Positions 33,766-45,100 of a DNA stretch of 64,000 bases are shown piece by piece. Position 1 is the stretch's first letter; every line of letters starts with the position of its first letter. The stretch lies in assembly GCA_963727445.1 (NCBI GenBank), contig CAVSGI010000008.1, positions 128,001 to 192,000 of the forward strand, in the 5' to 3' direction. The translations under genes were made by a program, and so were the position numbers. The DNA comes from an uncultured delta proteobacterium. Its GTDB lineage: Bacteria > Myxococcota_A > Polyangia > Polyangiales > B10-G4. Under the pieces are notes generated by a model. That model did no database searches. It was not told where the DNA came from and saw only the letters and a program-made list of their open reading frames with translations.

Positions 33766-35125
33766 TCAGCGCTGAGGGGCGAAGACGAAGGGGTAGCTGA
33801 AGTCGACGCTGCCGCCGACGGGACCGGAGCGGAAGCGCATGCGGTCGATGATCCCGCCCACGCACTGGGCGAGGGGCGCGCTGCCTGTGGTGTTCAGAAC
33901 GGTCGTCACGTTGGTCACCGTGCCCGACTCCAGGATGGTGAACTTGGTCGTCACCTTCCCCGCGAGGGTCGGATCGTGGCGGAGCTCGGTCTCGTAGCAG
34001 CGGCGGATACCCGCCATGTAGGAGCGAACGCGCGCGGTCACGACGCGCCCGTCGAGCTCGCCCGAGCCGCCCTCGTCGAGGGGCCGCTCGGGACGCACCC
34101 AGGCGGTGATGACCCGCTCGTCGATCGGCGCCGTCGCGATCGCCTCGTGACCATGGTGCGCGATGGAGATGGCGCCGATCCCGGTGCCGCTCGGCGTTCC
34201 GCTGGCGCCGCCCCGCTCGTGTAGGACGTCATCGGCGCTCGCGCTGCTCGACGCCGCGTCCACCGTCGCCAGGATCCCCGCCGCGTCCGAGACAACCGCC
34301 CCGTCGACCAGGCGGTCCAGAGACGTGGGAACGCCGTCCGACGAAAGGAGCGTCCCGATCTCGAGGAGCGCCGCGGTGCGGATTCTGCTCTGCGTCGGCG
34401 ATGGTCGGCCGTTCGTCGCTGCTGGGCCGCGCATGGCCGTGCGACGGCTCCGCCGGCGTGTCGTTCGCATCGGCGACCTGATCGCTGGGCGCGTCCGCGC
34501 TGTCGCCATCGAGGGCCTCGGGCACTACCGGCTCGGGCGGCGGCTCGGGCTCTTGGAGCAGGAGCGTCGCGAACTCGTCGGGCAGGATCGCCACCGACTG
34601 GGGCATCGGGAAGTCGGCGCTCTCGAGGAAGACCATGAAGGAGAGGAACGCGACGAAGGACATCGTGACGAAGCCTGTGAAGCGCCAATCGATGGAGCGG
34701 ACGAAGCCGCCGCGCACCGCCGCGGGGAGCTGCGGCTTGGGCATCGCCGGCGGCGCATGCACCATCTGCAGGAGCACCACCGTGTCGCCGACGACGACCT
34801 TGCCCCGGGCCTGATCGTCGAGCGCGATCTTCTTCACGCCCTGTCGCACGGCCGCCTCGAGGTCGCGCATCCCGTCCGCGCCGCTGACCCGGCCCGTCAT
34901 ATCCGGCCGCAGGTGCAGCCAGATCCGCCCATCCGGCGCCGGCGAGAAGAGCACACCCCGGGTCACGGGAAGGACGAGATCGCATCGCTCGTCGGGCCCG
35001 ATGGTGATCTTTTCGCGCTCGCGCACCAGGCGCTCGGAGACGATTCGCCCCTGCTCCACCACGCCCAGGCGGAGAACGCGGGCCGCGCCCTTCGTCGTGC
35101 GCGCGGCGCGCATCGCCATGGTCAT
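33766..35125 (-). CDS. AgmX/PglI-C-terminal (TonB-C-like, GltG-type) membrane protein; +1 frameshift near 34383
   Basis: N-terminal VLRLGVVEQGRIVSERLV, a single TM, a Pro-rich linker, and C-terminal IRRCYETELR..P.LAGKV...YPFVF. The frames join at GATTC 34381-34385. Confidence 0.8.
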
Positions 35126-35225
35126 CGCGCCAACGCGCGGTCGTTCGGGGGAAGAAGGAGAAGTGGCTCGCATGATGTCTAGACACCAGCGGCCCGGCCG
35201 GGTTCCACCGAAAATCGTGGGGCCT

Positions 35226-36636
35226 TCAGGCCACGTTCTCGGCCTCGGCCCGCTGCCGGGTGCGCTCCGCCAGGAGCGGGAGAACGTAGGGAAAACCGAC
35301 CGATAGCGTGTCCAGGTCGGGATCGATCTGGCCGACCAGCCAGAAGGCGAGGACGCTCGCGCGCTCGACGTAGAACCAACCATCCGGGTAGTGGATGGAG
35401 CGCATGAGCTCGCGCAGCTCGGCGCGGGCGACCTCGGGGTCGGCGAGCTCCTCCAGCTCCTCGCGCCGCGCACGCATCAGCGCGCCCGCGGTCCGGTCCT
35501 CGACCGCGAGGAGCTTTCGGAAATAGGTCAGCACGGTGCGCTCGACGAGAGCGCGATTCCCCGACTCGGCCACGAAGCCGATGTTGTCGAAGCCGCGGAG
35601 CACCAGCGCGTCGTTCTGCTCGAAGAAGCCCTGAAGCACGTCGACCATGCCGTCGATCATCGAGTCCGAAACCTCGCTGATGGCGCCGAAGTCGAGGATG
35701 ACCAGGCGGAAGGCGCCCTCGCTCCTCCCCCGGGTCGATCAGGAAGTTCCCCGGGTGGGGATCGGCGTGGAAGAAGCGGTGCACGAAGAGCTGCTCGTAG
35801 AAGGACTCGGTGAGCCGCGTCGCCACGTCGCGGCGCGCGATCCCCAGACGGTCCATCTCCTCCAGATCGGTGATCTTGAATCCCTCCATGAAGGTCATGG
35901 TCAGGACCTCACCGGTGCTGAGCTCGTCGATGACGTCGGGGATGGCGATGTCCGGCTGCCCCTCGAAGTTCTCCTTCATCCGGCGCATGCACGCGGCTTC
36001 GTGCACGTAGTCGGTCTCCCGCCGCAACAGATCGACCAGCGCGTCGTAGACGGAGGCGATGTTGTCGATGGGCATGAACCACTCGTAGACCCGAAGGGCC
36101 AGACGAATGACCCGCATGTCGGTGCGGATGACGCCCCGGATGCCCGGATAGAGGAACTTCACCGCCACGTGCGTTCCGTCGTCGAGCCAGGCCTCGTGTA
36201 CCTGCCCCAGAGACGCGGCTGCCAGCGGCGCGTGCTCGATCTTCGAGAAGCGCTCGTCGGGCTCGGCGTCGAAGCTCGCGCGGAAGCGCTCCTCGAGCGC
36301 GGAGTAAGGCATCGGCGGCACCGCGTCCTGCAGCACCTTGAGCTTCTCGCCGTACACGTGCGGCAGGAACCCGCCCATGATCGACAGCACCTGACCGAGC
36401 TTGATGTAGACGCCGCGCAACCGAAGGATCGCGTCGAGGAGCCGGTCGGCGTTCTTGTCGTCCACCTCGCGGCCGCGCCGCTCGAGCCCGGGCGGGACGA
36501 TGATGTCCTCCTCGCCGGTGACGGGATCATCCACGTGGGCGCGGAAGAGCCACGTGAGCGCGAGCTGCGTCATGTAGCTCGAAAAGATGATCCCGAAGAC
36601 CCACAGGGCCCTCGCCAGCCGGACGTAGAGCTCCAT
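35226..36636 (-). CDS. ABC1/UbiB/AarF-family atypical kinase; +1 frameshift near 35725
   Basis: YIKLGQ, LQD, AAASLGQVH, VAVK, HADPHPGN; LDFG follows in the next frame after a G-run (C-run on the + strand). Confidence 0.9.
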
Positions 36637-36700
36637 CGGAGGTGGGGAATCCTACGGGAAGCGGGCGCGCACGAAAACGGATTCGCGTCGCGGAGGCGGA

Positions 36701-37297
36701 CTATTCCTCGTCTTCGCTCTCGTGGACCATGCGGGAGATGCCCCGAATGATCTCGCGGCGCTCCGAGAGGCTGAAGCCCTCACGCTCGCGGACGATACGG
36801 CCGTTCTTGCCGATCCAGATGCTGAAAGGCGCGGCGCGGCGGGGGTTCAGCCGGGTGGTGACAGCCGTGTCGAGATCGCTGACCACGTCGTAGGAGAGGC
36901 CCAGACGGCGGGCCAGGGGACCCGCATTCGGCAGGGTGTTGGCGCTGTCCATGCTGATCGCGACCACCTCGAGGCCGTCGTCGTGGAAGCGCTCGTACAA
37001 GGCGTTGTAGAGGGGCAGCTCCTGGCGGCAGGGCGTGCACCAGGTCGCCCAGAAGCAGATCGCCACCGGCTTCTCCCCGAGGAAATCGCCCAGATCGAAG
37101 CGGCGGGTGCTCGGGCCACCGGGGACGGCGGGAAGCTCGAAGGCCTGTGGGCGGCCGCCCACGCGCGCGAAGGCCGGAGCGGCGTCGAGGAGCGCAGTGC
37201 CCCCCAGGCCAACGCCCAGCGCGCCGAGCGCGGCGTTTCGAAGGAAAGGACGGCGGTGCATGGGGCGATGGACGGTCATGGGGTCTCCCGGATTCAT
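36701..37297 (-). CDS. TlpA-type thioredoxin-like protein with a probable Tat signal
   Basis: MHRRPFLRNAALGALG twin-Arg-like leader; FWATWCTPC. Confidence 0.88.
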   Translation of the reverse strand: MNPGDPMTVHRPMHRRPFLRNAALGALGVGLGGTALLDAAPAFARVGGRPQAFELPAVPGGPSTRRFDLGDFLGEKPVAICFWATWCTPCRQELPLYNALYERFHDDGLEVVAISMDSANTLPNAGPLARRLGLSYDVVSDLDTAVTTRLNPRRAAPFSIWIGKNGRIVREREGFSLSERREIIRGISRMVHESEDEE

Positions 37298-37307
37298 CGA
37301 AAAGGCT

Positions 37308-39290
37308 TCAGATACGTACCACGAGCTCGAACTGCCCGCCTTCGAAGGGGGGGACGTCGCGACAGACGCCGCCCGAGCAGAGCAGCCCCCCCGGGTTCGC
37401 GCCCACGCGCAGGCGGACGTGGGTGCCGCGGATGAACTCCCACTTCACTTCCCCGCTGGGGAAGAACGGGCCCTGGTTCGGTCGCTCGGAGTTCCATTGG
37501 AGGTTGAAGCTGAGGTGGAGGCGGCCGGCGAAGGACCAGGTCAGGTAGACACCTCCGCGCACGTACTGGTTGTAGGTGGCGTTGCAGTTGATGCCCTGAC
37601 AGTTGGGGTCGACCGTGATCGGAAAGGGCCGCCGGCGGCGCTCGAAGCGGGGCTCCGCGCGAAAATCGAAGCTGTGGGCGCCGTAGCCGATGTTGAGGTC
37701 GATGATGGCGTGTCCCACCTCCCAGTCGAGCTCGCCGGCATTCGCGCTGACGAAGGAGGTGTCGCTCATGTAGACCTCGCGGCGGTAGCCGCCGCTGAGG
37801 TCGAGCGTGTAGCCGAGCTCCTGGTCGGTGGTGGAGTCGTTCAGCTTGCTGAGGGTGAGCAGGCCGTGGCCGGCGAAGATCCCGCTCCAGGGATCGACGT
37901 GCGGATCCTCGGTGTGGCCGTAACCGACGCCCGTGAACCGCATCGCCCAGGGTGAGGGGTTGAAGGTGTAGGTGATCTCGAGCTGACCGCCGCGGCTGTT
38001 GGGGATGCCCCGGTAACGCTCGGTGTCGAAGTCGAGGCTCGGCGCCGCACTGTAGACGCGGTACTGATCGAGGTTGCCGATCGGCTCGAGGATGTAGTCC
38101 TTGTAGTCCTTCCACTGGGCGAGGACCGAAGTGTTGCCGCGCGTGACCTGCGCCGAGCCGTAGACCGCGCGGCCCCAACGCCGCTCCTGCTCGCCCTCGG
38201 GGTTCGTGTCCTCCCGGCGCATCGCGTCGACCTCGGCGTAGAGCGCCACCGTCCCGCCCAAGAGGGACGGCATCGCCGCGTGCCATCCGCCGACGAGGCC
38301 GTCGGTCTGGGTGGGCGACAGCTCGAGCTGCTGAAACCACGCGTTGACCGCGTGGAAGCCGACCTCGAGGTCCTCGTTCGGACCGACCCGGAAGCCGGCC
38401 TCGCCGCCGGCGAAGACATCGATGGGATCCTGATGGATCTGCAGCGTGAGGGGGTCGAGGTTCTGCGGGTTGCCGAGGCCGCCCAGAGCCTTGAAGTAGA
38501 AGTCGCCCCCGTCGTATTGCGCGTAGCCGCCGCGCACGGTGGTGTCGATCCCCAGCTGATCGATCTTGCGCATGCTGATCGCGATGCCGCGCCCGAGCAC
38601 CGCGTGGGCATCACCGATCTGAACGCTCCAGTCCGTGTTCGGCGTCCACAGGATGTTCATGCGCTCGGGGCGCAGGTCCCAGCTCAGGTTGCACAGGATG
38701 GTGCTGGGCGTGGGGCAGGCGCTCATCTTCGGGCTGGTGAAGGGCACGAAGGCGTCGATGCGGAGCTCGGCGCGGAGCTCTTCCCCCTGCAGGATGAGCT
38801 GCATGCGCTCGACCAGGGTCGAAGCGAGGGTGGCGCCGCGCATGAACTGGCCGTCCGCGAAGTCGTTGCTGCGAAGCTCGGCAATGGTGGTGTTGACCAC
38901 CGAGAAGGTGCTCTCGCCGAAGAGCGGCAGCCTGAACCCGACGCCCCCCTCCCCGCCGAGGGCCTCACCGAGGGAGTCGAAGCCGAGGGAGTCGGCCGGC
39001 CCGAAGTCCTCTTCGTTGTCGCCCGTCTCCTCGCCGCCGATCCCGAGGTCCTCCTCCTCGTCGAGCATCATCGAGATGAGGTCCTCGTCCGACATCTCGG
39101 ACTCGTCGACCTCCTCCTCCTCGGAGTCCCCCTCCTCTTCGGCGAGCATCTGGTCGATCAGCTCCTCGTCGGAGAGCTCGGATTCGTCGTCTCCCTGCGC
39201 ATCCTGGGCGTACGAATGCAAGGGAGCGACCCAAACGAGGGCCGCTCCCGAGAAGAGTGCGATCAGCGCGCGTGTCCGCGCTCCGTCCAA
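37308..39290 (-). CDS. DUF6029-like outer-membrane beta-barrel protein
   Basis: Signal peptide, an acidic duplicated N-terminal tract, beta-strand pattern, and C-terminal GGLLCSGGVCRDVPPFEG, which I recall as DUF6029-like. Confidence 0.7.
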   Translation of the reverse strand: MDGARTRALIALFSGAALVWVAPLHSYAQDAQGDDESELSDEELIDQMLAEEEGDSEEEEVDESEMSDEDLISMMLDEEEDLGIGGEETGDNEEDFGPADSLGFDSLGEALGGEGGVGFRLPLFGESTFSVVNTTIAELRSNDFADGQFMRGATLASTLVERMQLILQGEELRAELRIDAFVPFTSPKMSACPTPSTILCNLSWDLRPERMNILWTPNTDWSVQIGDAHAVLGRGIAISMRKIDQLGIDTTVRGGYAQYDGGDFYFKALGGLGNPQNLDPLTLQIHQDPIDVFAGGEAGFRVGPNEDLEVGFHAVNAWFQQLELSPTQTDGLVGGWHAAMPSLLGGTVALYAEVDAMRREDTNPEGEQERRWGRAVYGSAQVTRGNTSVLAQWKDYKDYILEPIGNLDQYRVYSAAPSLDFDTERYRGIPNSRGGQLEITYTFNPSPWAMRFTGVGYGHTEDPHVDPWSGIFAGHGLLTLSKLNDSTTDQELGYTLDLSGGYRREVYMSDTSFVSANAGELDWEVGHAIIDLNIGYGAHSFDFRAEPRFERRRRPFPITVDPNCQGINCNATYNQYVRGGVYLTWSFAGRLHLSFNLQWNSERPNQGPFFPSGEVKWEFIRGTHVRLRVGANPGGLLCSGGVCRDVPPFEGGQFELVVRI

Positions 39291-39293
39291 CGA

Positions 39294-39944
39294 TTAGCTG
39301 CCGAGGAGCTCGTCGAGCTTGGTGGCGAGGCTGCCCAGCATGGAGCCGCTGTATCCGTACTCGCGGAAGACGATCACGCCATTGCTATCGACGATGAGGG
39401 TCGCCGGCAGCGCGTTGCCCGGGAAGTACACGCCGGTGATCTGCGCTGGGTCGACGAGCTCCACGTTCGTCAGGCCGTAGTTCGTGGTCCAGCCCTGGCA
39501 GTACGCGCTATCCGGAGCGGCGTAGTCCTCGGTCTGGGTGAGGATCTGGATGACCCGGACGCCCTGGGGTCCGTACACGGCGTTGATGGCGTCCTCGAGG
39601 ACGCTGCTCTCCATGTTGCAGGGGCCGCACCAGCCAGCCGCGATGCTCACCACGGTGTAGCGAGCCGAGCAGAAGTCGTCGCCATAGAAGTCGTAGGGGT
39701 TGCCGCTGCAGTCGTTGAGCGTGAACGGCTCGAAGTTGCGGCCAATCTCCACGCCGTAGGGAGCGTCCGGAGCCGAGCAGGTCGCGCCGGTGTCGCCGCC
39801 ACCGCCGTCCGGTGTCGAGGCGTCGGGCGCCGACGAGTCGACGGTGGTCGACGAGTCGGGGGGGGTGGTGCGGCTGTCGTCACCGCAGCCGAGGAGGGCC
39901 GCGCTGGCGGCAAGGGCAATCAAGAACGAGTGCATACGCTTCAT
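39294..39944 (-). CDS. Thioredoxin-like (TlpA/redoxin) lipoprotein
   Basis: Lipobox LLGC, a Ser/Thr/Asp linker, AGWCGPC, and cis-Pro-like ALPAT. Confidence 0.88.
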   Translation of the reverse strand: MKRMHSFLIALAASAALLGCGDDSRTTPPDSSTTVDSSAPDASTPDGGGGDTGATCSAPDAPYGVEIGRNFEPFTLNDCSGNPYDFYGDDFCSARYTVVSIAAGWCGPCNMESSVLEDAINAVYGPQGVRVIQILTQTEDYAAPDSAYCQGWTTNYGLTNVELVDPAQITGVYFPGNALPATLIVDSNGVIVFREYGYSGSMLGSLATKLDELLGS

Positions 39945-39954
39945 TTTCAGTTCC

Positions 39955-40980
39955 TCACATACTCGCGCACACGGAGATGGTTCCGCTGGTGGTTCGGACG
40001 TCCTGGCAGGTGTACCCAGTCGGGCACGGAGTCGCGCTGCAATCGATGGGGAAGCAGGCGCCGGTCGGGAAGCTGTAGGTGCCGCTGCCCGTCTGGTAGT
40101 CCTTGCGGCAGTAGTACCCCTGGTCGGCGCGGCAGTCGCTGTCGGTGGTGCAACCCTCGAGGCACAGGCCCTGGTCACCGCGGTTCAGCGAGCCGTTGGG
40201 GAAGCAGACGTCGCCGTCGGGGCAGGTCGCCTGCGGCAGGCCCGGCCCGCCACCGGCGTCGGTGTAGAAGCTGCTGCTGTTGTAACCGATGGGCAGGATG
40301 CACACGCCGAGGCAGTAGCCGCTGTTCCACCCCGTGGGCGAGCCCATGTTCGACTCCTGAATGCAGTTGTTGCTGATGCACTGGGAGTCGACGTCGCACT
40401 CGCCGCCGTTCTCCGAGCCGGTGGGCAGCGTCCCCGCGGCGATGCAGCGCCCGGTGTAGCGGTTGCACTCCGCGCCGGCGCCGCACTCCTCGTCGGTGCT
40501 GCAGACGGGAACGCAGATGCCGGCGTCGCCGAGACCGAACTGGCCCTGGCCGACGCAGGTCCATCCGTCGCGCACGCAGTCGGCGCCGTTGAGGCAGCGC
40601 TCCTCGCATGTCGGCTCCTCTCCGTCGAACTGCCAGCAGACGTGGAAGATCATCTCCGCGGGCTCCTCGCAGTTCGTGCGATCCGGAGCGCCGGAAGCCG
40701 TGATCGAGCAACGACGCACGCACTGTCCGCCGGGGACACCGTCGTCGATCGCCGTGCGGCAGTACGCGTCGGGGCCGGGACACTGGTCGTCGGTCATGCA
40801 CGGACCGAAGAGGGTGCTGGGGCCGGTGTCGGCGCCGGTGTCGGCCGGGCCGGTGTCGGCCATGCCGCTGTCCATCATGGCGTCGGTGCCCGCGCCGGTG
40901 TCGGTGGGGCGGGTGTCGTCCCCGCACGCCGCGCACACGAGCAGCACCGAAATGAAGCAAATCGAAGTTACGAGTTTCAT
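39955..40980 (-). CDS. Cys-rich repeat lipoprotein
   Basis: Lipobox CAAC-GDD and a DTG linker. I count 32 Cys after the lipid Cys, in C-x2-D-x2-C modules. Confidence 0.85.
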   Translation of the reverse strand: MKLVTSICFISVLLVCAACGDDTRPTDTGAGTDAMMDSGMADTGPADTGADTGPSTLFGPCMTDDQCPGPDAYCRTAIDDGVPGGQCVRRCSITASGAPDRTNCEEPAEMIFHVCWQFDGEEPTCEERCLNGADCVRDGWTCVGQGQFGLGDAGICVPVCSTDEECGAGAECNRYTGRCIAAGTLPTGSENGGECDVDSQCISNNCIQESNMGSPTGWNSGYCLGVCILPIGYNSSSFYTDAGGGPGLPQATCPDGDVCFPNGSLNRGDQGLCLEGCTTDSDCRADQGYYCRKDYQTGSGTYSFPTGACFPIDCSATPCPTGYTCQDVRTTSGTISVCASM

Positions 40981-41116
40981 GATTCCTGCGCTAAACGAAG
41001 AGGGGTCCTTCGCCGGCGAGGAAGAGCCCCCGAGAGCCCTCGCCGGGTCGCGCGACCGTCGGCGTTTTCCTAGTCTGTTCGGCCACAAGGCGCAACAGGA
41101 CCGGGCCGCTGAATCC

Positions 41117-42124
41117 ATGGAATCCCCGCACATTTCCATCCTCGTCCCCTACCGGGACGCCCAGAGCACGCTGCTGGAAGCGCTTACGAGCGTTCTGGGC
41201 GACGAGGAGCCGCCGATCGAGGTGCTGGCCGTCAACGATCGGTCCACAGATGGCGGGCCGACCCTCGTCGAGGCGCTCGCCGCGAAGGACCCACGCGTCC
41301 GTTCTTTGCACAGTTCGGCGCCGGGGATCGTCGGTGCGCTCCGTACGGCGGCGGCCGCTGCCCGCGCGCCGATCCTGGCGCGGATGGACGCCGACGACGT
41401 CTCGCTGCCGGGGCGCCTGTGGCGCCAGCTCGCCTTCCTCGAGGCCCATCCCGAGATCGCGGTCCTGGGCACGCGGGTGGAAAACCTCGCCGATGCGCCC
41501 GTGGGCGAGGGGCTGACGCGCTACGTGGCCTGGCAGAACGAAGTGCTCACCCCGGAGGATCACGATCGCGCCCTCTTCGTCGAGTCGCCGCTCTGCCACC
41601 CCTCGGTGATGATGAGGCGCAGCGCCTACGACGCGGTCGGGGGGTATCGCGACGCACGGTGGTTCGAGGACTACGACCTGTGGCTTCGCCTCTGGGCCGC
41701 CGGCTTCCGCCTGGCGAAGCTCGACGAGGTGCTCCTGAGGTGGCGCCATCGCGAGGGCCGCCTGACGCTCAACGATCCGCGCGCGTCGGAAGAGGCGTTC
41801 CGCCAAGCGAAGGCGGCCTACCTCGCGCCCTGGATCGCTGCGCGCGGGCGACCCCTCACCCTCTGGGGCGCCGGCAAGATGGGCCGGCGCTTCGCGCGCG
41901 CCCTCGAGGCACACGGCGTCTTCGCGTCCCGCTTCGTCGACATCGACCCGAAGAAGATCGGCGGCGTCGCGCGCGGCGTGCCCATCGTCGCCGCGAGCGC
42001 GCTCCGCGCGGGCGAGGAGACGGTGCTCGGCTGCGTGGGGAGCCTGGGCGCGCGCGCGCTGATCCGTGAGGCGCTCGACGCGCGCGGCTTCGTCGAGACC
42101 GTCGACTATCGCATGGTGGCGTAG
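41117..42124 (+). CDS. Glycosyltransferase family 2
   Basis: ISILVPYRD, VNDRSTD, ARMDADD, HPSVMMR, EDYDLWLR. Confidence 0.93.
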   Translation: MESPHISILVPYRDAQSTLLEALTSVLGDEEPPIEVLAVNDRSTDGGPTLVEALAAKDPRVRSLHSSAPGIVGALRTAAAAARAPILARMDADDVSLPGRLWRQLAFLEAHPEIAVLGTRVENLADAPVGEGLTRYVAWQNEVLTPEDHDRALFVESPLCHPSVMMRRSAYDAVGGYRDARWFEDYDLWLRLWAAGFRLAKLDEVLLRWRHREGRLTLNDPRASEEAFRQAKAAYLAPWIAARGRPLTLWGAGKMGRRFARALEAHGVFASRFVDIDPKKIGGVARGVPIVAASALRAGEETVLGCVGSLGARALIREALDARGFVETVDYRMVA

Positions 42125-42134
42125 CGAGGCGACG

Positions 42135-45100
42135 TCAGTCGCGGCCGTGGCAGAGCCACACGTAGCCGCAGGCGATCGCGCGGCACTCCGGCTCCGGGCG
42201 CCCCTGTTCGAACCCACTCTGCCGCGCTTCGAGGAGCGCCTCGCCGAGCGCCGGCAGCCTCTCGGAGACGTCGGGCGCGGTCGCCACGACGGGCAGCCGC
42301 GCCTTTCCATCGAGGAACTGGATCAGGGGCTTCACCGGCACTTCCCCGCCGGTCCGGCGCCGCACCGCCTCCCGATACGCGGCGAGCTGAAACTGATGCG
42401 GCGCGGTGGGATCGGAGCCGCGCGGCGAGGTGACCTTGTAGTCGACCAGCTCGATCTCGTCGCCGCGATCGACGAGGAGATCGATCTGCCCTTCGATCAC
42501 GAGGGTCGCCGGGCCCGCGTCGACGGCCAGGCTGAAGGGGAGCTCGCGCGAGAGGCGTTCGGGCTCGAGCTCGCCGAGGCCGCGCGCATAGTCGCCGGAG
42601 ACGAAGGGCGACAGGCGCCCGACCAGATCGGTGCTCGCCGGCGCGCCCGCGGCGTCCATGGCGCGGGCGAGGGCCTTCGCCGGCTCGTCCTTCGCCCGGC
42701 GGAAGTCGATCCGCTCGAGCACCGCGTGCGCGAGGGTGCCGCGCCGCCGTGGATCGCTCGCCACGTCCCCGTCGATCTCGGGCGAAGGAGGCGTACGCGG
42801 CTCGGGGAACTCCGGGAGCCGGAGGATGTTCCGCGCCCGAAAGCGCCGCGGACAGAGCGCGAAGTCCTCGAGCTGAGTGACGGGCACCTCGAGGAGCGCG
42901 ATCGCGGGCCGCGCCGGGCGCGCGCGTCGCAACGAGGCTTCGAGCGCCTCGGCCGCCGGAAGCGGTGGCGCTTTGGCCTCGCCGGCGGCCCAGCCCTCCT
43001 CCCCCAACGACACCTCGCGGAGCAGCCCGGCCGAAGCGAGCGCCTCCCGCTCGGCGAGCACCACCTCGTTCAGGATGCTCCCTCGCTTCTCGACGCCGGC
43101 GAGGATCAGCCGGTCCCGCGCGCGCGTGGTCTGCACGTAGAAGAGGCGCATGCGCTCTGCGCGCTCGCGCCGCTCGCGGATCGCGTGCACCCGTTCGTGG
43201 TGTGGGCCGTAGAGCCATTGTCCCCACGGCGCCCGGACCCCGATCGCCAGCCCCGCCTCGGGATGGCGGTCGTGCTCGATCGGCCGGCCCTGAACCTTCA
43301 GCTGGCGCCCGAGATCCGCCGCCACCACGATCGGAAACTGCAAGCCCTTCGACTGGTGCACCGTCATCACCCGGATGACGTCCGCACCCTCGGTGGCGAC
43401 GTCGGCCTCGCGATCGGCGTCGTTCACCGAGCGCTTCGCGAGCTCGTGGAGCACCGCCCTGCCGTCTTCACCCCGGCGCTCGCGGTCGGCGATCTCCCCG
43501 ACGATGCGGTCGACGTTCGCCATCCGCTGCCGGCCCGAAGGCAGCCCGCCGAGGATCGCGGCGTAGCCCGTGCGCTCGAGCGCGACGCTCAGCGCCTCGG
43601 AGAGCCCGATGCGGTCGACGCTCTCGCGGAGCCGGCGAAGGAGGGTTGCCGACCGCACGTAGCGCTCGGCCTCTTCGGCGTCCGGTACCACCGACCCCGG
43701 CGGCGGGCTCGACAGCAGCGTCCTCAGGCCCCCCTCGCTCGCGCGCGTGAGGGCCACCAGGGCGTCGTCCGACAGGCCCACCATCGGCCCGCGCAGGACG
43801 GCGGCGAGGCCGCGCCCGTCGTCCTCGGCCGCGACCACCCGGGCCAGCGACAGAACGTCCCGCGCCTCGACCGTCGACAACAGCCCGCGGCCCTTGATCA
43901 CCACATAGGGCAGGCCGACCTCCTCGAAGGCGCGGAGGAACGCATCGACGTGGGTGAAGCGCGGCAACAGGAGCGCGACGTCCGAGGGCCGGGCGGCGCG
44001 CACCGTCCCGTCCGTCTCGTCGCGCACCACGTGGCTCCCGCTCGAGAGCACGGTGGCGAGATGCCGCGCGATGGCTGTCGCTTCGTCGACCGCAGTGCCC
44101 GTTTCGAGCGCGATGAGCTCGGTCGCCGGCTCCTCGCAGAATCGCTTCGTGCACGTGGTCGAGGGCCTCGGCCTCGTCGAAGCCATGCTCGAAATCCGAA
44201 GCCACCGAATCCGCTGTCTCGCCGGGCACGGACTCCCGCGCCCCTTCGGTGTCCTCGTCCTTTCGCTGAAGGCTCGCCCTCGCGAGGTGATTGAGCGCCT
44301 CGACCAGGGGCGCGACGCTGCGGAAGCTGCGCCCGAGGGACAGCTCCATCCCCCCGTGCGCGACCACGTCGGCCGCGACCGCTTCGAAGACGGCGACATC
44401 GGCGTTGCGAAAGCCGTAGATCGACTGCTTGCGGTCACCGACCACGAAGAGCCCTCGCGACTCGAGCTGACTCGCGCGCGGGACGCCCCGCCCCACCCCG
44501 CCCCGCGCGTGCAGGAGATAGACCAGGTCGCGCTGCACCGCGTTCGTGTCCTGGAACTCGTCGACGAGGAGCGCGTCGATCCCCGCCGTGAGCTCTCGGC
44601 GGAGCTCGGGTTGCGACGCCAGGAGATCGCGCGCGCGCCGGCCGAGATCGGCGAAATCGAGGACGCCCAGGCGCTCCTTTTCGCGACGATAGCGCCGCTC
44701 AATCTCGCCCACGAGGGAGACCAGTGCCTCGGCGCGGGCGCGGCGCCGCGGAAGTGCCCAGAGCTCGAGGGCGGCGTCGCGCACCTCCTGCCCGTCCGGG
44801 ATCTTCCAGGCCGAGCTCTTGTTCCCGCTGTCCGTGCGGAGCGCGAGAATCGAGACGGCGCACGGCGCTCTGGAGCGCGTCGTCGTCGTCCGTGCCGAAG
44901 AAGGGCTCCTCGCGCAGCGCCTGGGCCACCGCGACCGCTTCGGCGAGACGCTCCCGCGTCTGTTTGCGAAGCCCGGGCTGCGAAGCGATGCGCTCGTGGA
45001 CCCCGACGAGCGTCTCGAAGGCGCGCCCCACCTTGCCGAGGCGTGCATCGGCCGGGGTGACACCCGCGACGCGACATGCCGCGGAGAGCGCGTAGTCGTA

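Noticed and set aside
35715..35735. Phase-variable poly-G tract in the ABC1 kinase
   Set aside because: The run is only about 5 nt, so an ordinary homopolymer error is more likely
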